Below are positions 12,389 to 24,600 of a DNA stretch of 64,000 bases, piece after piece; position 1 is the first letter of the stretch; each line of letters begins with the position of its first letter. The stretch covers positions 744,001 through 808,000 of the forward strand of contig OZ251234.1 in NCBI GenBank assembly GCA_965240325.2, in the 5' to 3' direction. The translations under genes and the position numbers were made by a program. The notes beneath the pieces were generated by a model. It worked only from the letters and a program-made list of their open reading frames with translations. It was not told where the DNA came from and made no database searches. The DNA comes from Rebecca billardiae RCC1528 (lineage: Eukaryota > Protista > Haptophyta).

Positions 12389-14104
12389 CTCGTCAGCCGC
12401 AGGCGCGGCCTCCCGTGCAGCAGCTTGCAGCTCGTCGTCCTCGTCGTCGTCCACGCCCGCGAGGTCGGTGGGCCCGACGGCGCCGCCGTAGCCGCCGCAC
12501 GCCGTGGCCGCGCACGCGGAGAGCGACGGCGCCGACTGCACGTGCCGCAGGATGCTGCGCACAGAGAAGGCCACCGAGCCGCAGTTGGACGGCGCGTACG
12601 AGGAGAGACGCGACGACCAGCACGACGAGGGCGAGCAGCACGAGGACGGTGCCACGCCACCGTCGGCCGACGAGCCGACCGAGTCGCACCGGCGGAAGGA
12701 GTGGGCGCGCACGCCGAAGCGCGCGGCGCTGAAGCTGCCCCCGAAGCTGCCGCTCCGGAAGCTTCCGCCAAGGCTGCCGCCCAGAGAGGCTGGCTCGTCC
12801 GCCGGCGCGCCTCCGCACACGACCGGGCCCTGTCGACAGCCGTGCCACTCCCGCGCGTGCGGGAGCGGCGCCGTCTCGTCGAAGTCGGGCGGCAGGGGCT
12901 GGCCCTCGGCGGTCGAGACGAGCGGCGTGCCGAGCGACTCGGATGCCGTCTCGACGACGACGGGCAGCGTCGAGGCGTGGCACGCGCGCATGCAGCGCGA
13001 CGTGGGCGAGAGAGCGCTGGCAGGCGCCGCGGCCGGGGGCATGGCACACCCGCCCACCGGCGCGCGACGCTCGTGCGCGCCGTCGTCATGCCCGTGCAGC
13101 TCGTGCGGCACCGAGACCACGGGCAGCGGGCGTGGCGCCGAGCCCAGCAGCTCCGCCTCCTCGGGCGGGAGCGACGCGCAGCGAGGCGCGAGCGCGGCGG
13201 GCACCGCTTGGGTGCCCGCGTGCGTCAGTGCTCGCGCGTCAGTCTGCGTATCCGCGTCATCTGCTGACGGCGCGGGCGGCGTCTGCGTGTCCACGTCACC
13301 CGCTGGCGGCACCCGCGGCTGCGTGGCCGAGTGCACCACCGCTCGCGCCTCCGTCTGCGTGTCCGCGTCATCGGCGCGCGGCGCAGGCGGCTGCGTGCTC
13401 GCATTCGCCACGGCTCGCACTGGCGTCTGCGTGTCCGCGTCACCTGCCGGCAGCATCGGCGGCTGCGTTGCGGCGTGCGCCACTGCCCGCACCGGCGTCT
13501 GCGTGTCCGCGTCGCCCGCGGCGCGCTCAGGCGGCGGGGTGAGCGCTGTCGCCTCATCGCGCACCGCGACCGCATCTGTCTGCGTGTCTGCGTGGCCCGT
13601 GGCCGCCACGGAGATCGCGAGCGCCAGCTCGCCGCCCGTCAGATCCGTCTGCGTGTCGACGTCGCCGGTCGGCACGGCGTGCGGCGCATGCTCAGCCCGC
13701 ACGGCCGCATCGTCCTCCGCCTCGTCGAGCTCATCCAGCTCTGGCGGCGTCTCAGCCGCCCTGAGGGCCTCGAGGGTGCGCCAGGTCTGGTGCTGCACCT
13801 CGGCCCGCTTGCGTGCGGCCAGTTCGGATCGTCGAGCGCTCGCGAGCGCTCGCAAGTCGGCGGAAGTGAGCGGGATCCGATCCCCATCCGCGTCTGCGGC
13901 CCGGAGCGACACCGGCGGCGGAGCGTTCACAGCTGCCGATTGTCCTGCCGCGCCATGACTGGCGGCAAAGGCGTGCAGCGCGTGGCGTCCAGCGTGCGCG
14001 GCATCTTCTCGTCGCCGTGCGGCGGTGTTCGCGCGCCACGCACGCGAGAGCGCGCGCAGGTCGTCGTCGTGCTGGGCGCACCCCGGCGGCGCGCGGCCTG
14101 CCAT
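8069..14104 (-). CDS. Large membrane protein: N-terminal TQT repeats, TM helix, extensin-like SPn/proline stalk, RCC1-like repeats, C-terminal hydrophobic segment
   Basis: Uninterrupted ORF; likely start MAGRAPP at 14104 because the upstream ORF extension lies inside a foldback TE; repeated GxxHTC..CWGxN.xGQLG RCC1 motifs; KKRRRS followed by LIIAAAICCALCVTILIAIIMLFV. Confidence 0.85.
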
Positions 14105-14164
14105 GGTTCCGCGCTGCTTTGCCCGAGCCGAACCGCTTTTCGAAGCAGCCTGCCACGGCCCGTC

Positions 14165-15294
14165 CAAGGGAGTCAAGGGTGCCCGCGCCCCAGTGGCGCG
14201 CTCAGCGGATGTTGGCACACAGATTTTTGCCCGACGCCTGCGGCGGGCGGCGGCGAGGGCGTGCTCCGCTGGCGGGGCGAGCGCACGGGGCACGGCGCTG
14301 CGGGCGCGGATGTGCCCGCGAAGCCGGCGCGTGCGGACGGGCTGTTGCGGGAGAGTATCTGGCGCCCTCCTGCGCCGCGCGTCTTGCGCAACGCCTCTTT
14401 CGCCTCGGCTCAGGGCAGCGCGCACGCACGCGCCGCCTCAAGGCCAGCCTTGCCTGCGCCGCAGCCGACCGCGCGCGCGCCGTGCGCGGCGTGGTCGGGA
14501 AGGAGCGGGCGCTGCTGCCGGGCGAGATGGCGACACCATGCGCGCACGCCATGCCGCCCTGCGATGCCGCGACAGGGCACGGCAATAGATCTGCACAGCT
14601 GTTGACGAGTGCTGATCGCTTGTCATGCCAAGCCAGCCAGACCTGAGCTCGAAGAAGATGATGAAAGAGCATCAGCGCGAGGAAAGCGTCGCTCCCAGCA
14701 CTTCTGCATGACCACGCGGTGATGAACATTCATGTAAGAGTAGCCCGCGTGCCCGTCTGGCACTGTTCTGGGTCTCAATGATCGTCCCGACATTCCGACA
14801 AGGGTCACGACCGCGAGGCCGTGCACAACATTTGTGACAAGTCAAAGAGGCATGCAAACAGACCGACGACGCGCTCGTCAAGGCGTGGCGGGGCGGCATG
14901 GCGTGCGCGCATGGTGTCGCCATCTCGCCCGGCAGCAGCGCCCGCTCCTTCCCGACCACGCCGCGCACGGCGCGCGCGCGGTCGGCTGCGGCGCAGGCAA
15001 GGCTGGCCTTGAGGCGGCGCGTGCGTGCGCGCTGCCCTGAGCCGAGGCGAAAGAGGCGTTGCGCAAGACGCGCGGCGCAGGAGGGCGCCAGATACTCTCC
15101 CGCAACAGCCCGTCCGCACGCGCCGGCTTCGCGGGCACATCCGCGCCCGCAGCGCCGTGCCCCGTGCGCTCGCCCCGCCAGCGGAGCACGCCCTCGCCGC
15201 CGCCCGCCGCAGGCGTCGGGCAAAAATCTGTGTGCCAACATCCGCTGAGCAAGCGCGCCAACTGGGGCGCGGGTGCGCACCCTTGACTCCCTTG
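14165..15294. mobile_element. Foldback element with about 395-bp TIRs; P/Galileo-like, non-autonomous
   Basis: Arms 14165-14559 and 14891-15294 are near-identical inverted copies; termini CAAGGG..CCCTTG; 7-bp direct repeat GCCCGTC at 14158-14164 and 15295-15301. Confidence 0.85.
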
Positions 15295-15648
15295 GCCCGT
15301 CAGGCGTACAAGCACTTCGGAATCCGGTCCGGGCGACCTCGGTCGGTCGCCGCGGGCGCGAGTCCGGAGTCGGTTATCGAGCGGGTATTTGCCGTTCTTC
15401 CTGCTGACCAATCTCAGAAATCAGTGGCAATCAAATCACTCAATAATCAGGGCCGCGCGCCCGAAATAGGCGGAGCTCCGAAAGGGACGCATCATAGGAC
15501 GTAACCGAATCTTTAGGACGGCTTTCTCCCCCATCACGCGGCGGGGCCCCAGCCCCACGCCCCCGCGCCAGGCCCTGCGGACGAGCGGGCGTCGGTGCCT
15601 GCGGCGGGCGGCCGCTCGGCGAGTGCTCGCAGGCGTGCGTGCGCCGCC

Positions 15649-18222
15649 ATGCTCTCCGTCTCGACGCCGCGGCAGGACAGCCAGAGCGGCACGGCCAAGA
15701 GCCCGCGCAGCCCGATGAAAGGCCAGGCGGTCTCCTCCACGCCCCGGCCAGACGACGTGTGCGACAACCCCAAGTGCAAGGAGATGCGGCGCGTGGAGCG
15801 GACGATGGTGAACAACCTGAAGCAGGAGGTCGCCACGCTCAAGATGCAGATCGCCCAGCTCACGCAGCAGCTGCAGGTGAAGGAGGCCGAGTCTGAGGAG
15901 CGCGAGCAAGTCGACTCGAACGTGGACGGCGAGCTCCAGGCGCTGCGCAACGCGCTGTCCGAGGAGGCGCACTCGCACGGCGTGGCGATCGCGGAGGCGT
16001 CGACGCAGATCGCCGCGCTCAAGCTCAAGCTCACGGTGAAGGAGAAGGAGGTGCAGAACCTGCGCGAGAAGCGCGCGTCCGAGCGGGGCAAGTACTTGCG
16101 CTCGGACGCGCAGACCAAGGCGCTGCAGCGCTCGCTGCGTGAGATGGAGGAGGAGCTGGCCGAGGCGTACGACGGCGTGGCGAGCGGCGGGGGGCTGTCG
16201 GGCGTGCCGCCGCCGCCCGTGCCCAAGGGCATCCCGCAGTCCTCCGCGCGCCGCCCCTCCGTCATCGCCGTGAGCAAGGCGAAGGAGCAGGCGGAGGAGG
16301 TCGCGTCCAAGCTGCAGGACCGGTTGCAGTCTGTCGAGGCGCGCGCGGCCGGGCTGCGCGCGCTCTCGCTGCGCCAGGCGCAGGCGCTCTCCGTCGCGTC
16401 GCTCTCGGAGAAGCAGGCGTCCGCGCAGGTCGAGAAGGCGAAGGACGCGATGGCCGAGCTCAAGGCGCGGCACAAGGTCGAGATCGAGAAGAAGCGCAAG
16501 GCGGCCGTCGTCTTCTCGACGCTGTGCGCGCAGCAGGTCGTACGCGCCAAGCAGGCGGCGGACGCGCTGCGGCAGCAGGTGGGCGAGCTCGAGGGCGAGA
16601 AGCGCGAGTGGAAGCAGGTCGAGGCGGCGCTCAACGCGCAGCACGCCGAGGCCGAGCTGCGCAACCAGAAGGCCGACACCGCCCTCGCCGAGCTGAACGC
16701 GAAGCACGACATGCTCAAGGAGCAGAACGCGACGCTCTCCAAGACGGTCGCGCTCGTCAGCCACAAGCACGAGACCGCGTCGGCGAAGCTGGCGGAGGCG
16801 CGCGAGACGGCGGCGGACACGGAGACCGCGCTGCAGAGCGCGATGAGCGAGCTCCACCAGATGGCCTCCGAGGTCACCGCGCTCGAGGGCCACGTCTCCT
16901 CGCAGCTCGCGACGATGGGCCGCGCGATCGAGGGGCGCGACGCCACCTCCAAGTTTGTGCAGGAGGTGCTCAGGCTGGCGCTGCGCAGGCTCGAGACGCT
17001 CGAGGCGAGCTTCGGCGAGCTCGTGTCGGGCGAGCTGCCGAGCGACGGCACGCTCCACGGCGCGCTGCTCCGCGTGCTCCGCGACGTCGCGCGCATCGAC
17101 CTCGGCGTGCAGGCCAAGTCGGGCACGCGCACGGTGCACGGCTCGGCGCTGTTTGACCACTTTCCGCAGCACGTGTGGCGCGTGCACCAGCTGAGCCACG
17201 TGCTGTGCGTCTCGATGCGCGAGGCGCCGCCCGAGCTGCAGGAGCGGATGTCCGCCGCCGAGGCGCACAAGCGCTCGGGTGGCCGCGCCGCCAAGCAGGA
17301 GCACGCCAAGATGCACCCGGCGCCGTCGACGGCCATGCTGCTCGCCCAGCTCGAGGGGAAGGGCGCGCTCGCCGGGCCGCAGCCGCCGATCGCGGGCGCG
17401 GCGATCCGCGGCGTGGGCGCGGCGCGGCCGCTGGCGCGCGGGCTGACGCCCGAGGCGCGTGCGCGCTCGCGCCGCGCGCCGCCAGCGCCCGGTGGGCTCG
17501 CGGGCTCGCGCAGCTCGCAGATGCTCTCCCGCGGCGACCCGAGCGCCGAGCCGCTGCCGCCCCTCGCTGGCAGCTCGGTCCTCGACTCGCGAAGCGGCGT
17601 GGGTGGCCGGACGGTGTCGGGCGTGGCGAACGGCCCGGCGCCGCGGGGCGGCGCGAGCTGGGCCTCGTCCGGGGAGTGGTCGGACAGACCGCCGCGCGCG
17701 GGCTCGCGCGTCGCCGCCGCCGCCGCCGCCGCCGCAGAAGCGGCAGAGGCCGCGGGGGCTGAGGGCGTGGCGTCGGCCGGGCGGCCGGGCACGGGCAGCG
17801 GCGGCGGCGGCGGCGCCGCCGCCGAGCAGCGCGGGCCGCCGCCCGCCGTGCGCCAACGCACGGCACCGTCAGCCACGAGCGCCGGGCGCGGGGCGCCGCC
17901 CCCGGGGGCCGGCGGCTCGGCGCTGCAGACCGTGCTCGTGCCCACCGCGATCGTGACAGAGGAGGGCGCCGGCAACCCGCCGCGCTCAACCTCCGCCCCC
18001 GCCACGGGCCCACACGACGGCGCGAGAAACGGCGGCGGTGGCGCAGGCACGGCGGACAGGACTGCGTCGTCGCCGGCGCAAGGGGCGGCTGCTCGCGCAG
18101 CCTCTTCGCGCACGGCGTTCCGCCTCGCGGGGACGGAGCCGATCTTCTCGCCGCAGGCCGGGGCGCGCTCGCCTGGCGGCAGCAATGCCTCGCGCTCGCC
18201 GCGCGCATTGGTGCCGCCATAG
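15649..18222 (+). CDS. Long coiled-coil protein of unknown function with low-complexity C-terminus
   Basis: ORF with E/K/Q/L heptad-rich sequence and strong GC3 codon bias; ATG in gccATG context. Confidence 0.8.
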   Translation: MLSVSTPRQDSQSGTAKSPRSPMKGQAVSSTPRPDDVCDNPKCKEMRRVERTMVNNLKQEVATLKMQIAQLTQQLQVKEAESEEREQVDSNVDGELQALRNALSEEAHSHGVAIAEASTQIAALKLKLTVKEKEVQNLREKRASERGKYLRSDAQTKALQRSLREMEEELAEAYDGVASGGGLSGVPPPPVPKGIPQSSARRPSVIAVSKAKEQAEEVASKLQDRLQSVEARAAGLRALSLRQAQALSVASLSEKQASAQVEKAKDAMAELKARHKVEIEKKRKAAVVFSTLCAQQVVRAKQAADALRQQVGELEGEKREWKQVEAALNAQHAEAELRNQKADTALAELNAKHDMLKEQNATLSKTVALVSHKHETASAKLAEARETAADTETALQSAMSELHQMASEVTALEGHVSSQLATMGRAIEGRDATSKFVQEVLRLALRRLETLEASFGELVSGELPSDGTLHGALLRVLRDVARIDLGVQAKSGTRTVHGSALFDHFPQHVWRVHQLSHVLCVSMREAPPELQERMSAAEAHKRSGGRAAKQEHAKMHPAPSTAMLLAQLEGKGALAGPQPPIAGAAIRGVGAARPLARGLTPEARARSRRAPPAPGGLAGSRSSQMLSRGDPSAEPLPPLAGSSVLDSRSGVGGRTVSGVANGPAPRGGASWASSGEWSDRPPRAGSRVAAAAAAAAEAAEAAGAEGVASAGRPGTGSGGGGGAAAEQRGPPPAVRQRTAPSATSAGRGAPPPGAGGSALQTVLVPTAIVTEEGAGNPPRSTSAPATGPHDGARNGGGGAGTADRTASSPAQGAAARAASSRTAFRLAGTEPIFSPQAGARSPGGSNASRSPRALVPP

Positions 18223-18230
18223 ATCATTAT

Positions 18231-20245
18231 GGCCCGCGGTGCAGGGCGGAGCGCGTAGCGTGGAGCCCGCGCCGGGGGCCCTCACTACGTTATTGTCAAA
18301 AAGATCTTTATTTGCATGCCATATATATATATATATGACCGCGTTCCGCGGTCCTTCCGTAGAACCAACGTAGTTAGGGGCCCGCGGTGCAACCTCCGTC
18401 GGCTGCTGTCGATCAGTCTGACACTCTGACTGACATGGCGGGCCGAGGACTGTCGCCGCGGGCCGCGCGGCGGGAAGCGCGGCCGCCGGGGCGGCGCGCG
18501 CGCGCAGGGCGAGAGGCGCCGCGCGGCGCGGGCCGGCGCGTGCGGGCGTGCGGGCGCACCTGCTTGAGGTGCTCGCGCTGCGCCATGCGCTCGACGACGG
18601 GCCGCTGGTCGCTCAGCCGGCGCGCTTCGTGCCGGCAGTCAGAGCGAGAGCGCGCGCCACTCGGCCAGCGGGCACTGCTGCCCCGCGGCCCCGGTGCGCT
18701 GCGCAGCCGCGCACCGATCGCCAGAGGCGAGACCGAGCGGAGCTCGGAGTGGAACGAGGCGAGCGGCGCGTCGCGCCTGCCGCCGCGCGTGCGCGCCTGC
18801 TCCACGGTCCACCGCGCCGCGCCGTGCTCGCCCGCCGCCTCCTCGTCCGCCACGTCGGCCTCGAAGCCACGCAGCGGCGGCGGCCAGCGCGGCAGGCCGT
18901 GACAATCGGCAGCCCGTGGCCGTGCGTGCTCGCCGAGTTGCTGCTGCTGCACCTCCGGCGCGGTCGACGACCGAGTTGAGGAGGAGCTCGCGATCGGCGT
19001 CGAGGAGCGAGCTCGCGAGCTCGAGCTCGCCCTTCAGCCGCACTACTAGCTCTGGGCGCATCCGGCTCATCTCCGCTGCCGCCGCTGTGGCGTGCCGTCG
19101 CGGCACGCTCCCGTCCTCATTCCTCAAGCGACGAGCTCGCGTAGTGCTCCGGACTCGGCTCGCCCTTCGCTCCTCCTCGAGCGACGAACGCGCCTGCGGG
19201 TAGGTTGTTGGGCGCGCGCCGACTCGGCGTGACTCGGCCACGCGGCCCGGCGAGACGACACGGACCGGTGGGCGCGCTCGGTGAGAGCGGAGTGCGAGGG
19301 CCGGGCGAGACGGAGTAGACGCGGGGCCTGCGAGGCGACAGGCGCGCTCGGGGAGAGCAGAGTGCGAGGGCGAGAGGCAGCGGCCGGCCGGCCCCCGCCA
19401 CCACCTCGCGCACCGCGGCGTACTGCGGCGGCACGCGCACGCACGCGGTCCCCGGTCCGAGTCAAGGGCTCCAGTTCCACGCGTCGCGGTCGCGCCGGCG
19501 CCGTCACCGGCGCGAGTCGTCAAGGGCCTTGCCCCATAGTGCAATTTCGTCTGCGTGCTGTATATTCGTATCACGAATACCCTACTATGGGGGTACGGAG
19601 AGTGATCATCTTTTCATCTGCAGTGCGCCCTCTAATCACGCCTTAACCAAGTGTGCACGTTAAATCATAGTAAACTGTAGCTAGTGGCTTTCGCGGGAAC
19701 CATGTCCATTTACGACCATGCACGTTCAACCGTATCGTCGGAAGATTGAACGGGAACCCCCTTGGTAGAATACCCTGCTACTGTAGGACCCCCGTGCACA
19801 TGCACTTTTATTAAAAAACACGTCCGGCCCTGGGTCCGGTTGGTCCCGGGCTGGCGACCAAGTTTTGTTCCGTATGAATATTCACAACAAATCGCAGCTA
19901 GATATTCGTTCACTGACCCAGATATACTGCCAAAGGCACGCCCAGGCTCACGTCCGTCCATCGACATATGCGGAATGGCGTGGGCGCGCTTACTTCGTCA
20001 ATCGCGTAGTTGCTAATGCAGAGCACTATGGGCCAACGTACTCCTCGAAAAAGCGAAAACTCACCCTCCAACACCCCTCAAAATCGTCCCCCGTCCCCTT
20101 TTCTTTGATCAAAAGATCTTTTTGACAACGTAGTGAGGGCCCCCGGCGGGGCTCCACGCTACGCGCTCCGCCCTACAGTCCCTACACCGCGGGCCATCAA
20201 AGAAAAAAGGGAAAGGGAAGAGGGACGATTTTGATGACTTTGAGC
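18231..20245 (+). mobile_element. HINE-like 5' end (copy B), split by insertion of copy C; pieces 18231-18314 and 20196-about 20245
   Basis: B reads ..AAGATCTTTATTTG at 18314 and resumes ATCAAAGAAAAAAGGG..GGGACGATTTT at 20196, which reconstitutes the family subterminal consensus. Confidence 0.75.
18336..20195 (-). mobile_element. Helentron/HINE-like element, copy C, with (TA)n tail at 18321-18335
   Basis: 5' motif ends at 20195 (..CACCGCGGGCC on +); 3' hairpin and subterminal repeat at about 18337-18392; interior has degenerate coding-like sequence. Confidence 0.75.
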
Positions 20246-20255
20246 AGTAATAACA

Positions 20256-20256
<1 letters not shown>

Positions 20257-20348
<92 letters not shown>
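20257..20348. repeat. (TA)n microsatellite, about 46 units
   Basis: Direct reading. Confidence 0.97.
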
Positions 20349-20349
<1 letters not shown>

Positions 20350-21042
20350 CTAGGGCGCTGCTCCTAAGTTGGAGCGGGTGCCAGTCACAGCCACACTCTC
20401 CACAGCGGCTCCGCGGCAGTTCTGGTTCAGACCCAGTCGCCGGCTTTCGCGACTAGTGGTGACGCTTCAGGGGCGTCGACGTCTCATTTTTCAACATTTT
20501 TGCAGGTAGTGCGCGGGATTATGCCGGTTCGTTTTTGTATGCGCTCCGACCCTAATTACGTACCCGTGCGGGCCGTGTGCGGAGTCAGAATAAGCTTATT
20601 AGAACTAACAGACTAGGTAATTGTGGGTGGACTGAACGAGAGTACCCACAATTACCCAATCTGGCTGAGACTGGCAGGGCATGGCATCCCGCATGGTAGG
20701 TAGACAACTACTTACTAAGTAGTTGCGTAAGTAGCCATCACTACCGTTCACTCGGTTCCAGGACTAGGTAGCTGTACGTAGTAATAATAAATTCCCCTTT
20801 ATATATAACGGGCTGCTGACTACTTTGCCGCTGGGGTGCCGACCGAGTTAGCTAAGTAGTTGGACTACGTAGCCACTACGTAAACCCGACGTAGTCGCAG
20901 TGCCACCGCGGACCGCCGGCGCGCCCGGCGCCGCCCGCGCGGGCCGCGAGCGGCCGGCCGAGTACTACTCAGACGGCTCGGTCGCCCGGCGCGCCGTCAC
21001 TATGAAGCTGACATGATACTGCTCGGCAATGACTAATGCGCG

Positions 21043-21300
21043 TTAAGCAGCATCCGGATGGTTAGTGCGCATCATCGCCCGGAACGCGACGACGTCCTCA
21101 AGCAGGTGGGCGTCGAGCTTCACGAACATGAGCTTCTGGGCGTTCCCCGGCTTGAAGCTCGCTCGCAGATCCATGAGCTCGAGAGCCAGCGTCGAGAAGT
21201 TGCGCTCTGCCTGGCAGCTCGTGGCGTCGATGCCGTGATACACGTGGGCCACCTGGGACAGCGCGTTCCATCCGAACCAATGCCGCTCCTTGTTGTCGGT
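21043..21300 (-). pseudogene. hAT transposase C-terminal dimerisation-domain fragment
   Basis: IDATSCQAERNFSTLALELMDLRASFKPGNAQKLMFVKLD resembles the PATS..SER.FS....R..L motif. Confidence 0.75.
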
Positions 21301-21681
21301 AGACTGCTCACGCTACCACGCGAGGAGGTCGAAGTCCTCGTCGCCCTCCGCAGCACGTGCGGCGAGTCGCGACTCGCTCGCGAGTCGACTCGCGAGTCGC
21401 GAGTCGCGAGTCGCGGCCGCGCCCGCACGCCGGCACGGGCGCCGGGATTCTCGCCGGGCGCGATTCCCCGCCGAATCCCCCGCCGACGTCTACCCAAGCA
21501 TTCCAGCCAATCAGGCGACTCGCAGTATCGTGACTGTCGCTACCTAGTCGACTACGTAGTACTACGTAGTGAAGTAGCGCGACTACTCAGCTGGTCTCGG
21601 AAAGCTAGGTAGCTAAGTAGTCGCGACTACTTTGCCCGGGAGCCGACCGAGGTAGCTAAGTAGTCGGCGCTACTTAGTTAC

Positions 21682-24600
21682 TGATGTTTATTCCGCCTTA
21701 CCAGTTCCCCGGTCACGCAGGGGCTTATGACAGTGTCCCTGCGGACGTCGTCAGCAGCGCCGTCCGTGCGGACGAGCGGGCGGTGTCGGTCCTCAGAAAC
21801 GGATGAAAAAGCGGGGGGCGGCAAACGGCGGCCGCCATACGTAACTGGCAGCGCAGCTTCGCCTGCAGCTCTGCAGGCAGTACCGGGTACTTCGACCATC
21901 CGGACGGTTGGAGCCAACCGCCTGGAGAGGAAAAGAAATCGTGCACGTAGGGAATTCGGGATTAATACAACACCCCCCCTCGACATCATGCCGAAGGCGG
22001 CAGAGGTTGTGGAACAGCATGCAGTATCGCCACGACGTGTTTGAGAAAAGTACTCGTCGCGGTAGCCTTGGTCATGATGTCGGACCGGTTGTCGTCGGTC
22101 GACACCTTCTGGATCAGCACGGCGCAGTCGGCTTGCGCGCGCCGCGTGAAATGGTACTTCACGTCAATGTGCTTGGTGCGCTTGTGGTGCACCGGGTTGT
22201 TCGTCAAATCGATCGTGCCCTGGTTATCCTCGTAGATCACCGTCGTGGGCTCCACGACCGGCTCGTTCAAAAACGTGACCAGGTCGCGCAGGTAGATCAC
22301 CTCGCGGCAGCACTCGCTCAGCGCGATGTACTCCGCCTCGCACGTAGACAACGCGACCACGCTCTGCAGTCCGCTGTGCCACGAGATCGGGACCCCGTTG
22401 TACATAACAAGGTATCCCGTCGTAGAACGTCGATCTTCGCGATCGTTCGCCCAGTCCGAGTCCGCGTACGCCACCAAATCAGGGTGTTGTGCGTGCGTCG
22501 CGTGCCGGAACAGGATGCCGCGCCGACGCGTGCCGAGCAAGTATCGGAGCGTGCGCTTCGCGGCGGTCAAGTCGTAGAGCCGGGGATTGGACATCCGGCG
22601 TGCCAGCATGTTCACGGCGTGCGCGATGTCGGGGCGACACGTCGTCATGCAGTACATGAGGGCACCGGTCATCTCCTGGTAGTGCTGGCGGTCAGCGCGC
22701 AGCAGGAGGGCTTGCAGCGGGCGGGGGATCTCGCGCGTCTCGCTGCACTCGGGGGTCGGTGGGTGGCGCTCTCCACTCAGGTGGAAGCGCTCGCACACAT
22801 CACCGATGTACTGGTTCAGGTGGGTAAAAAGTCCGTCCACCGTGGTCTCAAAGTCGGCGCCAAGGAACTTGCTCAGGCAGTCCGCGCCCTGCATCTCGTA
22901 GTGCGTCAGCAACGCCGTCATCAGCGCGTCCAACGCGTTCTTGTCCTTCGAGATGTTCATCATCAGCAGATCGTCGACAAAGTGACCGACGAACACGTAG
23001 CCGCCATCGACTGCCTTTGAGTAGATGCACGGCGCGCTCGGGCACGGCTCGAACCCATGTTCGAGCAAACACTTACGCAAGTGTAGGTACCACACGCGCC
23101 CGGCCTGGCGCATGCCTGGGAGCGCCTTCACAAACTTCGCGACCACCTTCGAGCCGAGCGGCGTCGAGCTCTTCGGGGTGTAGCCAGGCGGGAGCGGTGT
23201 CATCGCCTCCTCGCCCTCCGGCAGGTCGCTGTTCAGGTATGCGTGCCGCACGTCGGCGGGTCGCATCTCCACGATCTTGGCGCTCGCCGCGTCCGTCATC
23301 GAGACGCCTTTGGCCTTGAGCGCGACCGCGAGCATCAGCCGCAGCTGTTCTGGTCGTATCGTCGGGGCGAACACCTCATTGAAGTCGATGCCCTCGCGCT
23401 GGCGGAACCCCTGGGTTACCAGCCGCGCCTTGAACTTGATCACTTCGCCATCGGGAAGCGTCTTCACGTCGAACACCCACTTGACAGGAATCGTCCGCGT
23501 GTTGTCCGGCACATCACCTCGAAGAACGTGTGTCTCACGCCGTGCGCGTCGAGGTGGTCGTGGCAGGCCTGCATCCAGAGCTTGGCCTCGGGCGACTTCA
23601 TCGCCTCGTCCCACGTCGTGGGGATGGTGATCGGCACACCATTCACCCGCGCGATCGTCGTCGCAGCGAATGCCTCGAAGCTGTCCTCCTCGGTACGTTC
23701 CTCGCCCGCGGCCTGGAACGCTGCCTCGGTCACAGCCTGCACCGTCTGCGCGGCGGGTCTGCTCCGCCTCGCTCGGTCTCGTCGCATCGGGTCGTAGTCG
23801 CGCGGCAGCTCGGGCGCCGCGGACTCACCAGCTCGTGCGTCGTCATCGCCTCCGGCGTCATCGCCGTCGGCGCTCGGTCGCGCAGCTTCGCTCGCCGCGC
23901 CACCGTCGTCATGAGCAGCAGCGCCGCCGTCATCGGCCGCGCCGTCCTCAATCTCAAAATGCTCGTCGCCCTCGCCGGTGAGCTCGCCGTCAGCGGCGTC
24001 TCCCAGCTCAGTCTCGGGCTCGGCACTGTCATCGCTGGCCGCGAATGGAGTGTGCCTCCCCTCGACCAGCGACCGCTCATCAATGATGTACACGTCCTTT
24101 GAGTGTATCACCTGCTGCTGCCCGTCGTCGAGCAGCACCTCGCGCCCAGTCCGGCTGTCCTCTCGTGAGGATGGTCGGGGCGCTCGCAGCATCGGCCTCA
24201 GCGGATGCCGTGAAGGGTATGGATCGTCTCCATTCCCATCATCATCGAGCTCGTGCTCGACGTTGTCGATCACGAGGACCATCCAGGCCCCCGCCGCGGT
24301 GTCGTCACCGCAAGTGCCACACGCGGGCACGTCAATGCTCGCGCGGTTCGTACCGCTCGCGCAGCCGCCCTGCAGGCGGAGGACATTCGAGGTTGCGTAA
24401 CGGATGTCCTTCTGGTAGTCACCGAACTCGTACACCACGCCGTGCGTGGGCATCTGGTTCGTCTGCGCGCTTTCACTCGGCTGCTCGATGCAGAGCGCGC
24501 TGCACGCGAGCATCATTGCCCGCGCGTTCGTCGCGACACCCGCGACGCTGCGACCGGTCGGGTGGGCCATGCCCGGCGGTACGTGGGTTCACACGCGTGA

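Noticed and set aside
14105-14425. N-terminal extension of the 2118-aa ORF
   Set aside because: It lies mostly in the foldback TIR, and the same peptide appears from the other arm (15025 onward).
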